Shown here piece by piece: positions 45,876-55,937 of a stretch of DNA of 64,000 bases; positions within the stretch are counted from its first letter, which is position 1; every line of letters starts with the position of its first letter. The notes beneath the pieces are model-generated. The model saw only the letters and a program-made list of their open reading frames with translations. It was not told the DNA's origin and did no database searches. Origin of the DNA: a virus (lineage: Duplodnaviria > Heunggongvirae > Uroviricota > Caudoviricetes); IMG/VR virus record IMGVR_UViG_3300029852_000006. One strand, 5' to 3'. Made by a program: the position numbers and the translations under genes.

Positions 45876-46230
45876 TCTTATCAAAAACAAAGCAATCGCA
45901 AACGCCGTCAATATCAAACGTAACGGCAAAGCCATCGCCTGGCTCTATCAGAACACCGGCAATATCCTGGATTACAAAGATGGCGATAAAGTCAAGTTCG
46001 ATCTCACCGCTATCCAAAACGATCCCGATTGGCCTATCCTTCGCCAGGACTATAAAGACTTCATTCTCTCCAATGCGGATACCGTTTTTACTCTGGAGTT
46101 TGAACCTCGTTTCCGCAAAAACCACACTCTTGCCTGCCTGAAAGAAGATCCCGTCACCCCTAAGCGCCTGTTCTGGATCGGCCATCTTATCAAGCAGCGC
46201 GAACCCGAACAGGAGGCCGCCCATGACTGA
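45826..46230 (+). CDS. hypothetical protein (134 aa)
   Basis: ORF; start uncertain. Confidence 0.4.
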   Translation: MQRSMPANLFTLTKAGDLIKNKAIANAVNIKRNGKAIAWLYQNTGNILDYKDGDKVKFDLTAIQNDPDWPILRQDYKDFILSNADTVFTLEFEPRFRKNHTLACLKEDPVTPKRLFWIGHLIKQREPEQEAAHD

Positions 46231-46459
46231 ACCTATTACCGATGCCATTGGCCGCGAAATCCATGTCGGCGATACCGTTGCCTATGCGCAGACGGATAAA
46301 AACAGCGGCATCAACTGGAACACTTATGTTGTAATCGGTTTCACTTCTTACCGCGTCAAAGTTTCCAACCCTACCTACCGCGGTTATGCCTGGAAGAAAG
46401 ATTATATCCTTCTCTACCCATCCAACTGCGTCATCTTACAGGAGGCACCCACAGAATGA
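46223..46459 (+). CDS. hypothetical small protein
   Basis: Coupled start. Confidence 0.4.
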   Translation: MTEPITDAIGREIHVGDTVAYAQTDKNSGINWNTYVVIGFTSYRVKVSNPTYRGYAWKKDYILLYPSNCVILQEAPTE

Positions 46460-47076
46460 AAATTATCCCTCAATCCCACGAATGGATCACCCCGCTCAAC
46501 CGTGATGTCACCATGCAGCGTATCGAGCGCATCGCCCGCACCTGCTATCAAAGCGAGGATGCTATCAAGCCCGGCAGTGATTCCAAAATGGTCGCCATGC
46601 TCTGCAAAAATCATCATTACGCCATGATCGAGCATATCAGCCTGACCATTAAATTCATCACCGACCGCGGCGTTGCCAACGAGATCGTCCGTCACCGTAT
46701 CGGCTCCTATGCCCAGGAATCCACCCGCTACTGCAATTACAACAAAGATAAGTTCGGCAATGAAATCACAGTCATTGACCATGGCTATACCGGCAGGAAA
46801 CGCATTTCCTGGAAAAACTATTGTGGCTTTGCTGAAACAGGCTATCGTGACATGTTGAATGCTGGTGCCACCCCAGAAGAAGCCCGCGATGTCCTGCCTC
46901 TTTGCCTTAAAACCGAGATCGTCTGCACCTGGAACCTGCGCGAATGGCATGAAGTCCTCCGCCTTCGTACCGCTAAGGATGCCCACCCCGCTATCCGCGC
47001 CCTCATGATTCCTGTCCTCAAGGAGCTGCAGACTGTCTACCCTGAAATTTTCAATGATATCGAGGCGTCCGAATGA
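46456..47076 (+). CDS. thyX: flavin-dependent thymidylate synthase ThyX
   Basis: Exact ThyX signature RHRxxSxxxxSxRY: 'RHRIGSYAQESTRY'. Confidence 0.85.
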   Translation: MKIIPQSHEWITPLNRDVTMQRIERIARTCYQSEDAIKPGSDSKMVAMLCKNHHYAMIEHISLTIKFITDRGVANEIVRHRIGSYAQESTRYCNYNKDKFGNEITVIDHGYTGRKRISWKNYCGFAETGYRDMLNAGATPEEARDVLPLCLKTEIVCTWNLREWHEVLRLRTAKDAHPAIRALMIPVLKELQTVYPEIFNDIEASE

Positions 47077-47564
47077 CCCAAGAAGAAATCCGCAAGCTCC
47101 TCAAAACTTACGAGTTACATATCAACCAGGTGGAAGACGATGAAACTGCTCTTCGGGACTTGTCCGAAGTTGTCCATAAAGTCCTCACTGATTCCACCCG
47201 CACTGTAAAGCTTAACGCCTGCGCCGTTGCTGCCTGGGCTTTGCACATCCCCGTCTGGGGGTTCGCCGCATCCAAACTTTGGAACTGGTTTTTAGCCATT
47301 GGCCCTATCCCCACCATCGGCGTCTTTCATGCAGCCGGTATCGGCCTGGCTCTTGAATTTATCGTTGATACCACCGGCATCCCCCACAAAATCCCCCTGC
47401 AGAATGATGTTCAAAACGTCATTGACGGCAAATCCAGCTGCTTTGATTCCTGGTCTTTGCCGGATGGTTTGTGTGTTTTCCTCGGCACTTTTGCCGGTCT
47501 CTGCCCGCCCGCGTTGGTCGCCCTCTTTGCCGGCTGGCTAATTAAATTTTTTATGTATCTATAA
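47073..47564 (+). CDS. membrane protein (163 aa)
   Basis: Multiple hydrophobic helices. Confidence 0.45.
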   Translation: MTQEEIRKLLKTYELHINQVEDDETALRDLSEVVHKVLTDSTRTVKLNACAVAAWALHIPVWGFAASKLWNWFLAIGPIPTIGVFHAAGIGLALEFIVDTTGIPHKIPLQNDVQNVIDGKSSCFDSWSLPDGLCVFLGTFAGLCPPALVALFAGWLIKFFMYL

Positions 47565-47576
47565 GGAGGTTACTTC

Positions 47577-48014
47577 ATGAATGATGTTCAGCGCTTTGGT
47601 CGCATCCAGGTTGAAATGTGCGATACCTTCAAATCCAAAAACGCAGATTACGGCAATTCCTTCTCCCAGCTCTATCAGGAGTTTGGCGATAACGGCATCA
47701 TCACCGCCGCCGTCCAGATCTCCCATAAGTACCACCGCTTCATGAATCTTATCAAGGGCACCCCCGCCAAGGTCAATGAATCTCTGCGCGATACTCTGTT
47801 GGATCTCGCCAACTACTGCGTCCTCACCGTCATGGAGCTGGATAAGGCCAAAGAAAAAGCAAACGCTTCAAGCTCCTCTGCCTTCGCTCAGGCTGCTTCT
47901 GCCGTTACATATCGTACAACTCCGCAGTTTGATTACAGCAAGTATATCTCTGACGACACCCTCCTCACCTCTCGTGATGCTCCCGCCGCCACATTGAAGG
48001 GAGATGCCGAATGA
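47577..48014 (+). CDS. nucleotide-metabolism-associated protein (MazG-like/DUF1599-like pattern)
   Basis: 'KNADYGNSF...HKYHRFMNLIKG...NESLRDTLLDLANYCVL' pattern recalled from phage nucleotide-modification-associated domains next to thyX; not verified. Confidence 0.35.
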   Translation: MNDVQRFGRIQVEMCDTFKSKNADYGNSFSQLYQEFGDNGIITAAVQISHKYHRFMNLIKGTPAKVNESLRDTLLDLANYCVLTVMELDKAKEKANASSSSAFAQAASAVTYRTTPQFDYSKYISDDTLLTSRDAPAATLKGDAE

Positions 48015-48118
48015 ACATCATTATGTATACAACCCATTGCCCGCGCTGTCACAGTCACACTCGATAAGAACAGCCGCCAAGCAGCAACAGAAAAATTGTT
48101 TATTTACAAGGAGGGTTT

Positions 48119-48322
48119 ATGGAAAATGTAATTCTCTACACCACGCATTGTCCGCGCTGTCTGATTCTGGCAAACAAACTGCAGGAAAAAGGCATCCACT
48201 ATACAGAGTTTACCGATGTACAGAAAATGCTTGAAATGGGCATGGATATGATGCCTGTTCTGCAGGTGGGCGAACAGCAGTATGGATTCAAAGAAGCAAT
48301 CAAAATCGTAGGAGGTATGTAA
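48119..48322 (+). CDS. nrdH: NrdH/glutaredoxin-like redoxin
   Basis: 'LYTTHCPRCLILANKL' CxxC thioredoxin-fold motif, 67 aa, immediately upstream of nrdD. Confidence 0.65.
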   Translation: MENVILYTTHCPRCLILANKLQEKGIHYTEFTDVQKMLEMGMDMMPVLQVGEQQYGFKEAIKIVGGM

Positions 48323-50157
48323 TGGCTATCGAACAATATGAAAAATATCAGCCGTATCTTGACTTTATCAAGGAGTATGCCGCATCCAGCAACGCAGCCA
48401 CTGGCAGTAAGGTTGATGCGAACGCGAATGTGGAATGCAAGAATGTCACCACTTTGACTGGTGAACTTTATAAAAAAGATGGTATCGGCATCAACCGTCT
48501 GCGTATGTGGCAAAAAATCAAAGAGCTGTACGGTCAGGAGTATGCCGACAAGTACATTTACCAGCTTGACCATCATTTTATTTACCGCCATGACGAAACA
48601 AATCCGTGCCTGCCGTACTGCGTCTCCATTACCATGTATCCGTTTCTGTTCAATGGTCTGGAAAGCATCGGCGGCGGCTCATCTGCTCCTCACAACCTTG
48701 ATTCCTTCTGCGGTGAATTTATCAACCTGTGCTTTGCCATTGCATCTCAGTTTGCCGGTGCAGTTGCCACCCCTGAGTTTATCCCCTATCTTGATTACTT
48801 TATCCGCAAGGACTATGGCGACGATTATTACCTGCACGCTGATAAGGTAGTTGATCTTTCCAGCCGTCATCGCACCATCGACAAGGTTATTACTGACCAG
48901 TTTGAGCAGGTCGTCTATTCCCTGAATCAGCCTGCCGCTGCCCGTAATTTCCAGTCCATCTTCTGGAACTGCGCATACTTCGATAAGCCGTATTTTGAGG
49001 GCATGTTCTCTGATTTTGTATTCCCTGATGGCACAGAAATGCAGTGGGAGTCCGTGTCCTGGCTGCAAAAGCGCTTTATGGAATGGCTGAATCAGGAGCG
49101 TCTGAAGAAGATTCTTACCTTCCCTGTCGAGACTCTGAACCTGCTGGATGATGGCACTGATTATGTCGATAAGGAATGGGCTGACAATGCTGCCGAAATG
49201 CTTTCTAAAGGCCATAGCTTCTTTATCTATCGTTCCAATAGTGTGGACTCTCTGGCATCCTGCTGCCGTTTGCGCAATGAAATGAGCGACAATACCTTTA
49301 GTTATACTCTTGGTGCTGGCGGCGTGGCTACTGGGTCTAAGGGTGTTATCACCATCAATATGAATCGCCTAATCCAGACTGCTGTTGCCAATGGCCGTGA
49401 TATTTGCGAGGCCGTTCGTGAACAAGTCAAAGATATCCATGTTTACCTCAAGGCATGGAACGCAATTTTGAAAGACGAATTCAATGCAAAGCTGCTCCCT
49501 ATCTACGATGCCGGATATATCTCTTTGGATAAGCAGTTCCTGACCATTGGCATTAACGGCTTTGTTGAGGGCTGTGAATTTCTTGGCTACACCATCTCCC
49601 CGGACGATCAAAACTATGTTGATTTTACGAACAAAGTGCTCAAGGTCATCTATGACGAGAACAAGGCAGATCGCTCTGACGGCATTATGTTTAACACAGA
49701 ATATGTCCCCGCTGAAAACCTTGGTGTCAAGAACGCAAAGTGGGATAAGCAGGATGGCTTCGTAGTTCCGCGTGACTGCTACAACAGTTACTTCTATGTT
49801 GTCGAAGATCCTACCAAGCCGCTTGATAAATTCATGCTTCACGGCTCCAAAATGACGCAGTATCTGGACGGCGGCAGCGCTCTGCATTTGAATCTGGAGG
49901 AACATCTGGATAAGGAGCAGTACCGCAAACTGATGGATGTGGCCATCAAGACTGGGTGCCCCTACTGGACGGTGAATGTGCCGAATACCATCTGCAATGA
50001 CTGCGGACACATTTCTAAACACCACCTGCATAAATGCCCTAAGTGCGGCAGTGAAAACCTGGACTATGCAACCCGTGTCATTGGTTATCTCAAGCGCGTA
50101 TCCAGCTTCTCCGAAGCCCGTCAAAAGGAGGCAGCGAAGCGCTATTATGCAGACTGA
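48322..50157 (+). CDS. nrdD: anaerobic ribonucleoside-triphosphate reductase NrdD
   Basis: C-terminal Zn ribbon 'CNDCGH...CPKCGS' and glycyl-radical motif 'RVIGYLKR'. Confidence 0.85.
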   Translation: MAIEQYEKYQPYLDFIKEYAASSNAATGSKVDANANVECKNVTTLTGELYKKDGIGINRLRMWQKIKELYGQEYADKYIYQLDHHFIYRHDETNPCLPYCVSITMYPFLFNGLESIGGGSSAPHNLDSFCGEFINLCFAIASQFAGAVATPEFIPYLDYFIRKDYGDDYYLHADKVVDLSSRHRTIDKVITDQFEQVVYSLNQPAAARNFQSIFWNCAYFDKPYFEGMFSDFVFPDGTEMQWESVSWLQKRFMEWLNQERLKKILTFPVETLNLLDDGTDYVDKEWADNAAEMLSKGHSFFIYRSNSVDSLASCCRLRNEMSDNTFSYTLGAGGVATGSKGVITINMNRLIQTAVANGRDICEAVREQVKDIHVYLKAWNAILKDEFNAKLLPIYDAGYISLDKQFLTIGINGFVEGCEFLGYTISPDDQNYVDFTNKVLKVIYDENKADRSDGIMFNTEYVPAENLGVKNAKWDKQDGFVVPRDCYNSYFYVVEDPTKPLDKFMLHGSKMTQYLDGGSALHLNLEEHLDKEQYRKLMDVAIKTGCPYWTVNVPNTICNDCGHISKHHLHKCPKCGSENLDYATRVIGYLKRVSSFSEARQKEAAKRYYAD

Positions 50158-50653
50158 TTGCAAACCGCTTCTGTATAGCCACTATGATGTAACATTCCAA
50201 GAGGTCCCCGGCGAAATAAGCCTTGTGTTTGATATTACAGGCTGTCCGCATCACTGCCCTGATTGCCACTCCAAATTCTTATGGGAGTATAGCGGCAACC
50301 CATTGCTGGAGAATCTTCCATCGGTTATCAATAAATACCGGTCCATGATTACCTGCGTGTGTTTTATGGGCGGCGACCAGAACAAAATCGAACTGCTGAA
50401 AGCATGCGAAATCGCACATCGGTACAACTTGAAAACATGCCTCTACACAGGTCTTGACTACCCAAGTTTTGTTCACCTGATGTATGACAATGAACCGCGC
50501 GATTACGGCGCATACTTCAATTTTATCAAGGTTGGCCCGTATGTCTCTGAATTCGGCGGCCTTGACAATCCAAAAACGAATCAACGTTTTTATGAACTCA
50601 AAGGAAATGTACCGATTGATAAAACAATCCTGTTTCAAAAGGAGTACAAATGA
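50147..50653 (+). CDS. nrdG: anaerobic RNR activating protein NrdG (radical SAM)
   Basis: 'ITGCPHHCPDCHS' CxxxCxxC radical-SAM cluster; ATG 50147 overlaps nrdD stop. Confidence 0.8.
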   Translation: MQTDCKPLLYSHYDVTFQEVPGEISLVFDITGCPHHCPDCHSKFLWEYSGNPLLENLPSVINKYRSMITCVCFMGGDQNKIELLKACEIAHRYNLKTCLYTGLDYPSFVHLMYDNEPRDYGAYFNFIKVGPYVSEFGGLDNPKTNQRFYELKGNVPIDKTILFQKEYK

Positions 50654-50838
50654 AAATTATTACAAACCCCAGCTGGACAAAAGAAGAGGTCGAAGAATTC
50701 CGCGCCTCCATCAAATCCAATAACGGCTATTGTCCCTGTCGCATTGAGCATATCCCGGCCAACAAATGTATGTGTCAGGAATTTCGTTCTCAGGTTTCCG
50801 GCCAGTGCCATTGCGGCCTCTACCTCAAGGAGGATTAA
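50650..50838 (+). CDS. ferredoxin-thioredoxin reductase catalytic-subunit-like small Cys protein
   Basis: 'CPCR...CMC...CHCGLY' spacing matches the FTR-beta CPC/CxC/CHC pattern. Confidence 0.45.
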   Translation: MKIITNPSWTKEEVEEFRASIKSNNGYCPCRIEHIPANKCMCQEFRSQVSGQCHCGLYLKED

Positions 50839-50840
50839 CT

Positions 50841-51449
50841 ATGAATCTTAATAAATGCAACAAACTTTTTCGCTTTGGCGTGCTCTTCTCAGCGTTCTTC
50901 ACGGCGCTTGTTCTGATTGTTTTCTGCCCTCGGCTCAGCGCCACCGCCTATGCTGAGTCTTCCACGCCCGAAACCGCCGTCACTACTTACACCGTTACCT
51001 ATCACGCCAATGGCGGCTGCTGGTGGAGCAACTGGTCCCGCCCGACTTATTCTTTCGCCACTAAAAAGTATGAGCAGGAGGAAGGCAAAACCTATCAGAT
51101 CATTGATTCCAAGCCCACCTACGGTGCCAACACCTTCAACGGCTGGAACACAGAGTCCGACGGCTCCGGCACCTGGTATTCCCCCCATCAGGAATATGTC
51201 TGTACCGGTAATATGGACCTCTACGCTCAGTGGCTCGGCCCCGTTCCTGCGCCCACCGCTGAACCTACTGCCACACCGGAACCTACCCCGGAACCAACTG
51301 TTGCGCCCACAGCGACTCCGGCACCGACCGCAACTCCCGAACCCGTGACCACTCCGGCACCCGTTCCCTCGGCCAAGCCCAATTACCGCGCCATGTGCCG
51401 CGCCTGGTTCCGCTATCTTCGCCGCCAGATGATTGGTCTGTATAAGTAA
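50841..51449 (+). CDS. secreted/cell-surface protein with Listeria-Bacteroides (Flg_new) repeat and Pro/Thr-rich linker
   Basis: Signal peptide 'LFRFGVLFSAFFTALVLIVF', 'YTVTYHANGG...GWNTESDGSG...LYAQW' repeat, then (PT)-rich tract and basic C-terminus. Confidence 0.6.
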   Translation: MNLNKCNKLFRFGVLFSAFFTALVLIVFCPRLSATAYAESSTPETAVTTYTVTYHANGGCWWSNWSRPTYSFATKKYEQEEGKTYQIIDSKPTYGANTFNGWNTESDGSGTWYSPHQEYVCTGNMDLYAQWLGPVPAPTAEPTATPEPTPEPTVAPTATPAPTATPEPVTTPAPVPSAKPNYRAMCRAWFRYLRRQMIGLYK

Positions 51450-51461
51450 AGGAGGTACTTT

Positions 51462-52043
51462 ATGCACTATGAAACTCCGTATGTAAACTATACCTACCCC
51501 ATCTATGATACAAAAGTCGACCATCTCGGTGAAATCGTGTCTACTGGTACAGTCCTGGATGAAGGCGATGTCGTTTTTAAGGATGAACTTTCCGTCAAAC
51601 CTCTTGCCCCCGACATCCCCCTCCCTTCCTATGCTCACCCCACGGACGCCGGCCTGGATCTGCACGCCATCAGTGTGGAAGCACCCGGTACCGTTATCGT
51701 TGCCACCTGTATTATTCAGCCTGGCATGACCGCCAAAGTACATACCGGCATCGCCATCAAGCTGCCCCACGGCACATTCGGCGCTGTCTATCCCCGCAGC
51801 GGCCTTGCCACCAAAACCGGCCTCGCCCCCGCCAATATGGTTGGTGTTATTGATGAAAACTATACTGGCGAAATCATTGTGGCCTTACATAACTACAGCA
51901 ATGAACCTCAGGCGTTCGCTATCGGGGATCGTATCGCCCAGCTGGTCATCCAACCCGTTGTCCACTGCACCGTCACCCAGGTCACAGAACTCCCTGATAC
52001 CGACCGCGGCAGCGGCGGATTTGGCAGCACAGGAGAACAGTGA
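51462..52043 (+). CDS. dut: dUTPase
   Basis: dUTPase motifs 'AGLDL', 'YPRSGLA', 'GVIDENYTGE', 'GDRIAQLV', 'RGSGGFGSTG'. Confidence 0.85.
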   Translation: MHYETPYVNYTYPIYDTKVDHLGEIVSTGTVLDEGDVVFKDELSVKPLAPDIPLPSYAHPTDAGLDLHAISVEAPGTVIVATCIIQPGMTAKVHTGIAIKLPHGTFGAVYPRSGLATKTGLAPANMVGVIDENYTGEIIVALHNYSNEPQAFAIGDRIAQLVIQPVVHCTVTQVTELPDTDRGSGGFGSTGEQ

Positions 52044-52435
52044 TGCACAAGTTTTATCATATGAATTGCTTCTTGGATTTAGGTAGTAGCAACCGTTCTA
52101 TTTACAACAACTATATTTTCAAAGAAGGTGCGCCGCCTCCCTATTTCAAAAGTTTTCATACTTTTGAAGAACTTTATGATTTTGCTTCTTCTTCTGATTG
52201 TTCATTTTGCAGCACTGGCAACTCCTTGCTTTATGATAAATTTGTTACGTTTCATTGTACTGAAGATAATCTAACAATCACAGCCAAAACCTTCAAAGCT
52301 CCTGTTATCATCCGGGCGCAATACAAAGAATGTTCCACCAAGGATTATAACTTTGATTTCTTCAAAGAAAACTTATCCATGGACGACTTTATCATCTTTC
52401 TGCAAGAGCACGGTCTTATCGGAGGCAACACTTAA
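52040..52435 (+). CDS. hypothetical protein
   Basis: Lower-GC ORF, coupled start. Confidence 0.4.
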   Translation: MMHKFYHMNCFLDLGSSNRSIYNNYIFKEGAPPPYFKSFHTFEELYDFASSSDCSFCSTGNSLLYDKFVTFHCTEDNLTITAKTFKAPVIIRAQYKECSTKDYNFDFFKENLSMDDFIIFLQEHGLIGGNT

Positions 52436-52818
52436 TGAATCTTACTTTTGTTCCAAACGCCCTTGAAAAAATCTCTCCCACCTGGGTTATGTCAGACATT
52501 ACATACCCCGATGGTATCATAACCCGCACCGAGGACGATTACCTTCACCGCATCGGCAGCACCTTCAAGGGTATTTCTTTCCTTGGCCCCGGCTATCCTG
52601 CCTGGTTTGAATACTCCAAAGATAACCTCGGCGCTTCCAAGTCTGGCTTCTTACATACCAGCCTTGTTAAAGAGCTTGAAATTATCCTAGATATAGGTTA
52701 TGCCAAGCTTGCCATCACAACCGAACATAGCATTTTCTTTCTGGAATCCGCAGAACCCGTTCAGGAAACCGCTGAAATTCGTGAGCTGATGGATCAAATC
52801 AACGCTCTAAATAAGTAA
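52435..52818 (+). CDS. hypothetical protein
   Basis: Coupled start. Confidence 0.4.
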   Translation: MNLTFVPNALEKISPTWVMSDITYPDGIITRTEDDYLHRIGSTFKGISFLGPGYPAWFEYSKDNLGASKSGFLHTSLVKELEIILDIGYAKLAITTEHSIFFLESAEPVQETAEIRELMDQINALNK

Positions 52819-52874
52819 CAAAAACATTAAAGGTTGCGCTCTTAACGCGCGGGTGGGTATGGGGTTTACTATTT

Positions 52875-53114
52875 ATGACATTATCAGAAAAATCAGAACT
52901 GCTACGCCTATTACAGCTCTATCAGGACGATCTTTTGCGTAAAAACCGTGAGAATATTCAAACAGCTGATGCTGTTGCCAAAGATAACCTGTCCTTTATG
53001 GATGCTTCTTATTTTTACGGTATTAAGGCTCAGTACAACCACGCCCGCCTGATTGCTCGTAAGTTATCAGTTGAAATCAGTAAAGATGTCAAATCTTACT
53101 GGGAGCTGTCCTGA
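52875..53114 (+). CDS. hypothetical small protein
   Basis: ORF. Confidence 0.35.
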   Translation: MTLSEKSELLRLLQLYQDDLLRKNRENIQTADAVAKDNLSFMDASYFYGIKAQYNHARLIARKLSVEISKDVKSYWELS

Positions 53115-53162
53115 TTCACAAAAAAAACCGTGCAGGCACAACCACCCACACGGTCCATCCTA

Positions 53163-53513
53163 TTACTTTAATTTTTCCAAAATCTCATCAGCACTCATGC
53201 CGTTCGCCAGCAGCTGGTTGATCATTTCCTGCGCCTGAATTTTCTTCGCTTCCGCCTCAGCAGCAATGTCCGCCTTGGCCTTTTTCTCTTCCAGCTTGGT
53301 CAGCTTTTTCTCCGCGGCCTTCACATCCGCCTTCTGCATTTTCAAGGTTTCTTTCATGGATTGCAGGTCAGTTTTCAGCTCCTCAATGCTGGCATTGGTC
53401 TTGGCAACTTCGGCTTCCGCCTCTTCCTTTTCTTTCTGAGCAGCAGCAATCAGGTTTTCGTAATCAACACCGGCAGCTTTTACTTTATTCTTGCTTCCCT
53501 TGGTTCTCGGCAT
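53163..53513 (-). CDS. Lys/Ala/Glu-rich coiled-coil, histone-H1-like small protein
   Basis: 'MPRTKGSKNK' basic N-terminus followed by KAE-rich coiled coil; minus strand with RBS GGAGG. Confidence 0.5.
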   Translation of the reverse strand: MPRTKGSKNKVKAAGVDYENLIAAAQKEKEEAEAEVAKTNASIEELKTDLQSMKETLKMQKADVKAAEKKLTKLEEKKAKADIAAEAEAKKIQAQEMINQLLANGMSADEILEKLK

Positions 53514-54852
53514 AGTGCTAACCTCCTACAAAATATTTTATGCGCTTAGTATATCACAGCGGTTTTCAAACTGCAATAGACGTTCAAAGGGGGAATTCTC
53601 TCTGCTTATTTTTTATGATACCTGCGCCCTGCTCAATATGGGCGCACATGTTGTCGATCGTCCATTTATTATCTCCGTCCAAACCCTACTGGAGCTGGAA
53701 TCCATCAAAACCAGCCGCACCAAAGATGAATCCGTTCGTTATCGTGCCCGCCAAATGGCTCACTATCTCGATAGCGCCCACGATTCCGACCTTTATCATG
53801 TCTCCAATGCTACCGATTATCTGAACGATGATACCTGCCCGTTTCGCAGCACACTGCCCAACACCCCGGATTCCATCATCATTTATGCGGCCTGGAAAAC
53901 ATACAGCCAAAACCAGGATATGATCTTCTGCACGGACGATCTTTGCTGTAAACACCTGGCCTCTTCCCTCGCCCACCTGCCCGTCTGTTCTTCCAAGGAT
54001 CTTCTCCCCCGCCAAAGCTATACCGGCTTCCTGGAAGTCACTCCAACCGATGAGCAATACGCTGCCCTCTATGAACAGCCGGAACGAAATACCTTTGGCC
54101 TTATCCCCAATCAATATCTTATCGCTCACAGCCCCGCAGACAGCTCCGTACAGGCGTTTAAGTGGGTAGACGGTAAACATGTCGCGGTGGATTATAAGCC
54201 CTTCAAAACGCAGGCATTTGGCGCTGTCAGGGCCAAAGAGAAAGATATCTACCAGATGCTCGCCTTTGACAGCCTCTTACATAACCAAATCACCATGCTG
54301 TGCGGTCCTGCCGGTACTGGCAAAAGCTATCTGGCTCTGGCTCATATGTTCAAGCTGCTGGAAACCCACAAGATTGATAAAATTATCGTGTTCACCAACC
54401 CCTGTGCCACATCCGGCGCTGCCCGCCTTGGCTTTTACCCCGGCACCCGCGATGAAAAGCTGCTTGACAGCCAAATCGGCAACATGCTCGGCGCTAAACT
54501 CGGCGATACCATGGAACTCCAGCGCTATATTGACGCCAACAAAATCCAGCTTCTCCCCTTCTCAGACCTGCGCGGCTTTGATACCACCGGCATGAACTGC
54601 GCCGTCTATATTACCGAGGCCCAGAACCTTGATATTGAAATGATGCGGCTTGCTCTTCAGCGTATCGGCGAAGATTCCATCTGTATCATTGATGGTGATT
54701 ATGACGCCCAGGTCGATCTCGATATCTACTCTGGCGATAACAACGGCATGCGCCGCCTCTCCCAGGTCTTCCGCGGTCAGGATTTCTATGGCGAGGTCAA
54801 GCTCCAAAAAATCTACCGTTCCCGTATCGCCGCACTTGCACAGGAGATGTAA
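53491..54852 (+). CDS. PhoH-like ATPase with N-terminal PIN domain
   Basis: PIN 'LLIFYDTCALLNM', Walker A 'LCGPAGTGKSYLA', PhoH core; true start uncertain because the ATG at 53491 overlaps the convergent gene by 23 nt. Confidence 0.7.
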   Translation: MLPLVLGIVLTSYKIFYALSISQRFSNCNRRSKGEFSLLIFYDTCALLNMGAHVVDRPFIISVQTLLELESIKTSRTKDESVRYRARQMAHYLDSAHDSDLYHVSNATDYLNDDTCPFRSTLPNTPDSIIIYAAWKTYSQNQDMIFCTDDLCCKHLASSLAHLPVCSSKDLLPRQSYTGFLEVTPTDEQYAALYEQPERNTFGLIPNQYLIAHSPADSSVQAFKWVDGKHVAVDYKPFKTQAFGAVRAKEKDIYQMLAFDSLLHNQITMLCGPAGTGKSYLALAHMFKLLETHKIDKIIVFTNPCATSGAARLGFYPGTRDEKLLDSQIGNMLGAKLGDTMELQRYIDANKIQLLPFSDLRGFDTTGMNCAVYITEAQNLDIEMMRLALQRIGEDSICIIDGDYDAQVDLDIYSGDNNGMRRLSQVFRGQDFYGEVKLQKIYRSRIAALAQEM

Positions 54853-54855
54853 TCA

Positions 54856-55119
54856 ATGACAGCTAATACAGATAAACTTCTTTCAATTCTTACCGGCATT
54901 CTTATTACCGTTCTGGTTTATTTTTTGGTCTTTTGGTTTCACCTGGCTCTCGCCAAGTTTATTTTGGTGCCTATGTTTGGCACCGCCATCTGCTCCACAT
55001 TGAACCAATTATTCAACACCGCATCCTTCACCCCGCAAATGCTGCCCTCTACATATGCCTGGGCCTGCCTGATCGGCGGCATCTTCTTCTGGCCTCATAT
55101 CAGCAGCAGTAAACATTAA
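54856..55119 (+). CDS. small membrane protein
   Basis: Two TM helices. Confidence 0.4.
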   Translation: MTANTDKLLSILTGILITVLVYFLVFWFHLALAKFILVPMFGTAICSTLNQLFNTASFTPQMLPSTYAWACLIGGIFFWPHISSSKH

Positions 55120-55131
55120 GGAGTACACGCC

Positions 55132-55584
55132 ATGAAAAAATATACCGCACAAACGCTCACTGATGAAGGCTACACCATTGAGAACGCTCAGATTACAAAC
55201 GTATCTCTTTCAACCACAAATTATTGCTGTCTCTCTCTTGATCTTACTCTCAAAGCTGCCAGTTGGGATGTTGTTTACGGCGGTTACTGCCTTGGCAAAG
55301 TCTACCCCGACAGCTATGAAAAAGATTCTTACGAGGGTTCTGCCATCGGTATGGAGGCTATCATGCGCATCATGGATGTCGTCGGTGTTTCCCGTCTGGA
55401 AGACATGAAAGGTAAATACATTCGTGTCGCTACCAAGGGCTGGGGCAGCACCGTTAAAATTATCGGCAATATCATCAACAACCGCTGGTTCGATTATGAC
55501 TCTTTCTTCAAAGATAAGGAATCAGCCTCTGTTCAAGACGCAATCGCAAAACTCGTTACCGTTTCAGCCGACCTGGCGGATTGA
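55132..55584 (+). CDS. hypothetical protein (150 aa)
   Basis: RBS AAGGAG. Confidence 0.45.
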   Translation: MKKYTAQTLTDEGYTIENAQITNVSLSTTNYCCLSLDLTLKAASWDVVYGGYCLGKVYPDSYEKDSYEGSAIGMEAIMRIMDVVGVSRLEDMKGKYIRVATKGWGSTVKIIGNIINNRWFDYDSFFKDKESASVQDAIAKLVTVSADLAD

Positions 55585-55881
55585 TTACTTTCTTCGTCTT
55601 ACCACCACTCGCGGCTGTGCATGTTCAAACAAACTCCGCTTCGGCACTTCAAACGCTGTTTCAAACTCCTCGTCAAATTTGGCCCGCACCTTAAAATAGT
55701 CTGTGATTTTTGCCTGGATCTCCCGCAGCGCCTGCTGTTCCTTTTCAATCTGGATGTATTGTTCTTTTGTGCAGCTGTCCCCTTCCTGTATCCGCTGTTT
55801 CCATTCGTTCAGGGTATCCTCCTGGTAGCCGCACAGCTCCAGCATCTCATTGCAAAATCTTACGCTTGTCGGTCCTGCCAT
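55585..55881 (-). CDS. hypothetical small protein (minus strand)
   Basis: RBS AAGGAGTGG on minus strand; no + gene overlaps. Confidence 0.4.
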   Translation of the reverse strand: MAGPTSVRFCNEMLELCGYQEDTLNEWKQRIQEGDSCTKEQYIQIEKEQQALREIQAKITDYFKVRAKFDEEFETAFEVPKRSLFEHAQPRVVVRRRK

Positions 55882-55937
55882 TCATAACCACTCCTTGCCT
55901 TTTTCTTTTATCTTACCATATCAGAGGTGATTTCACT

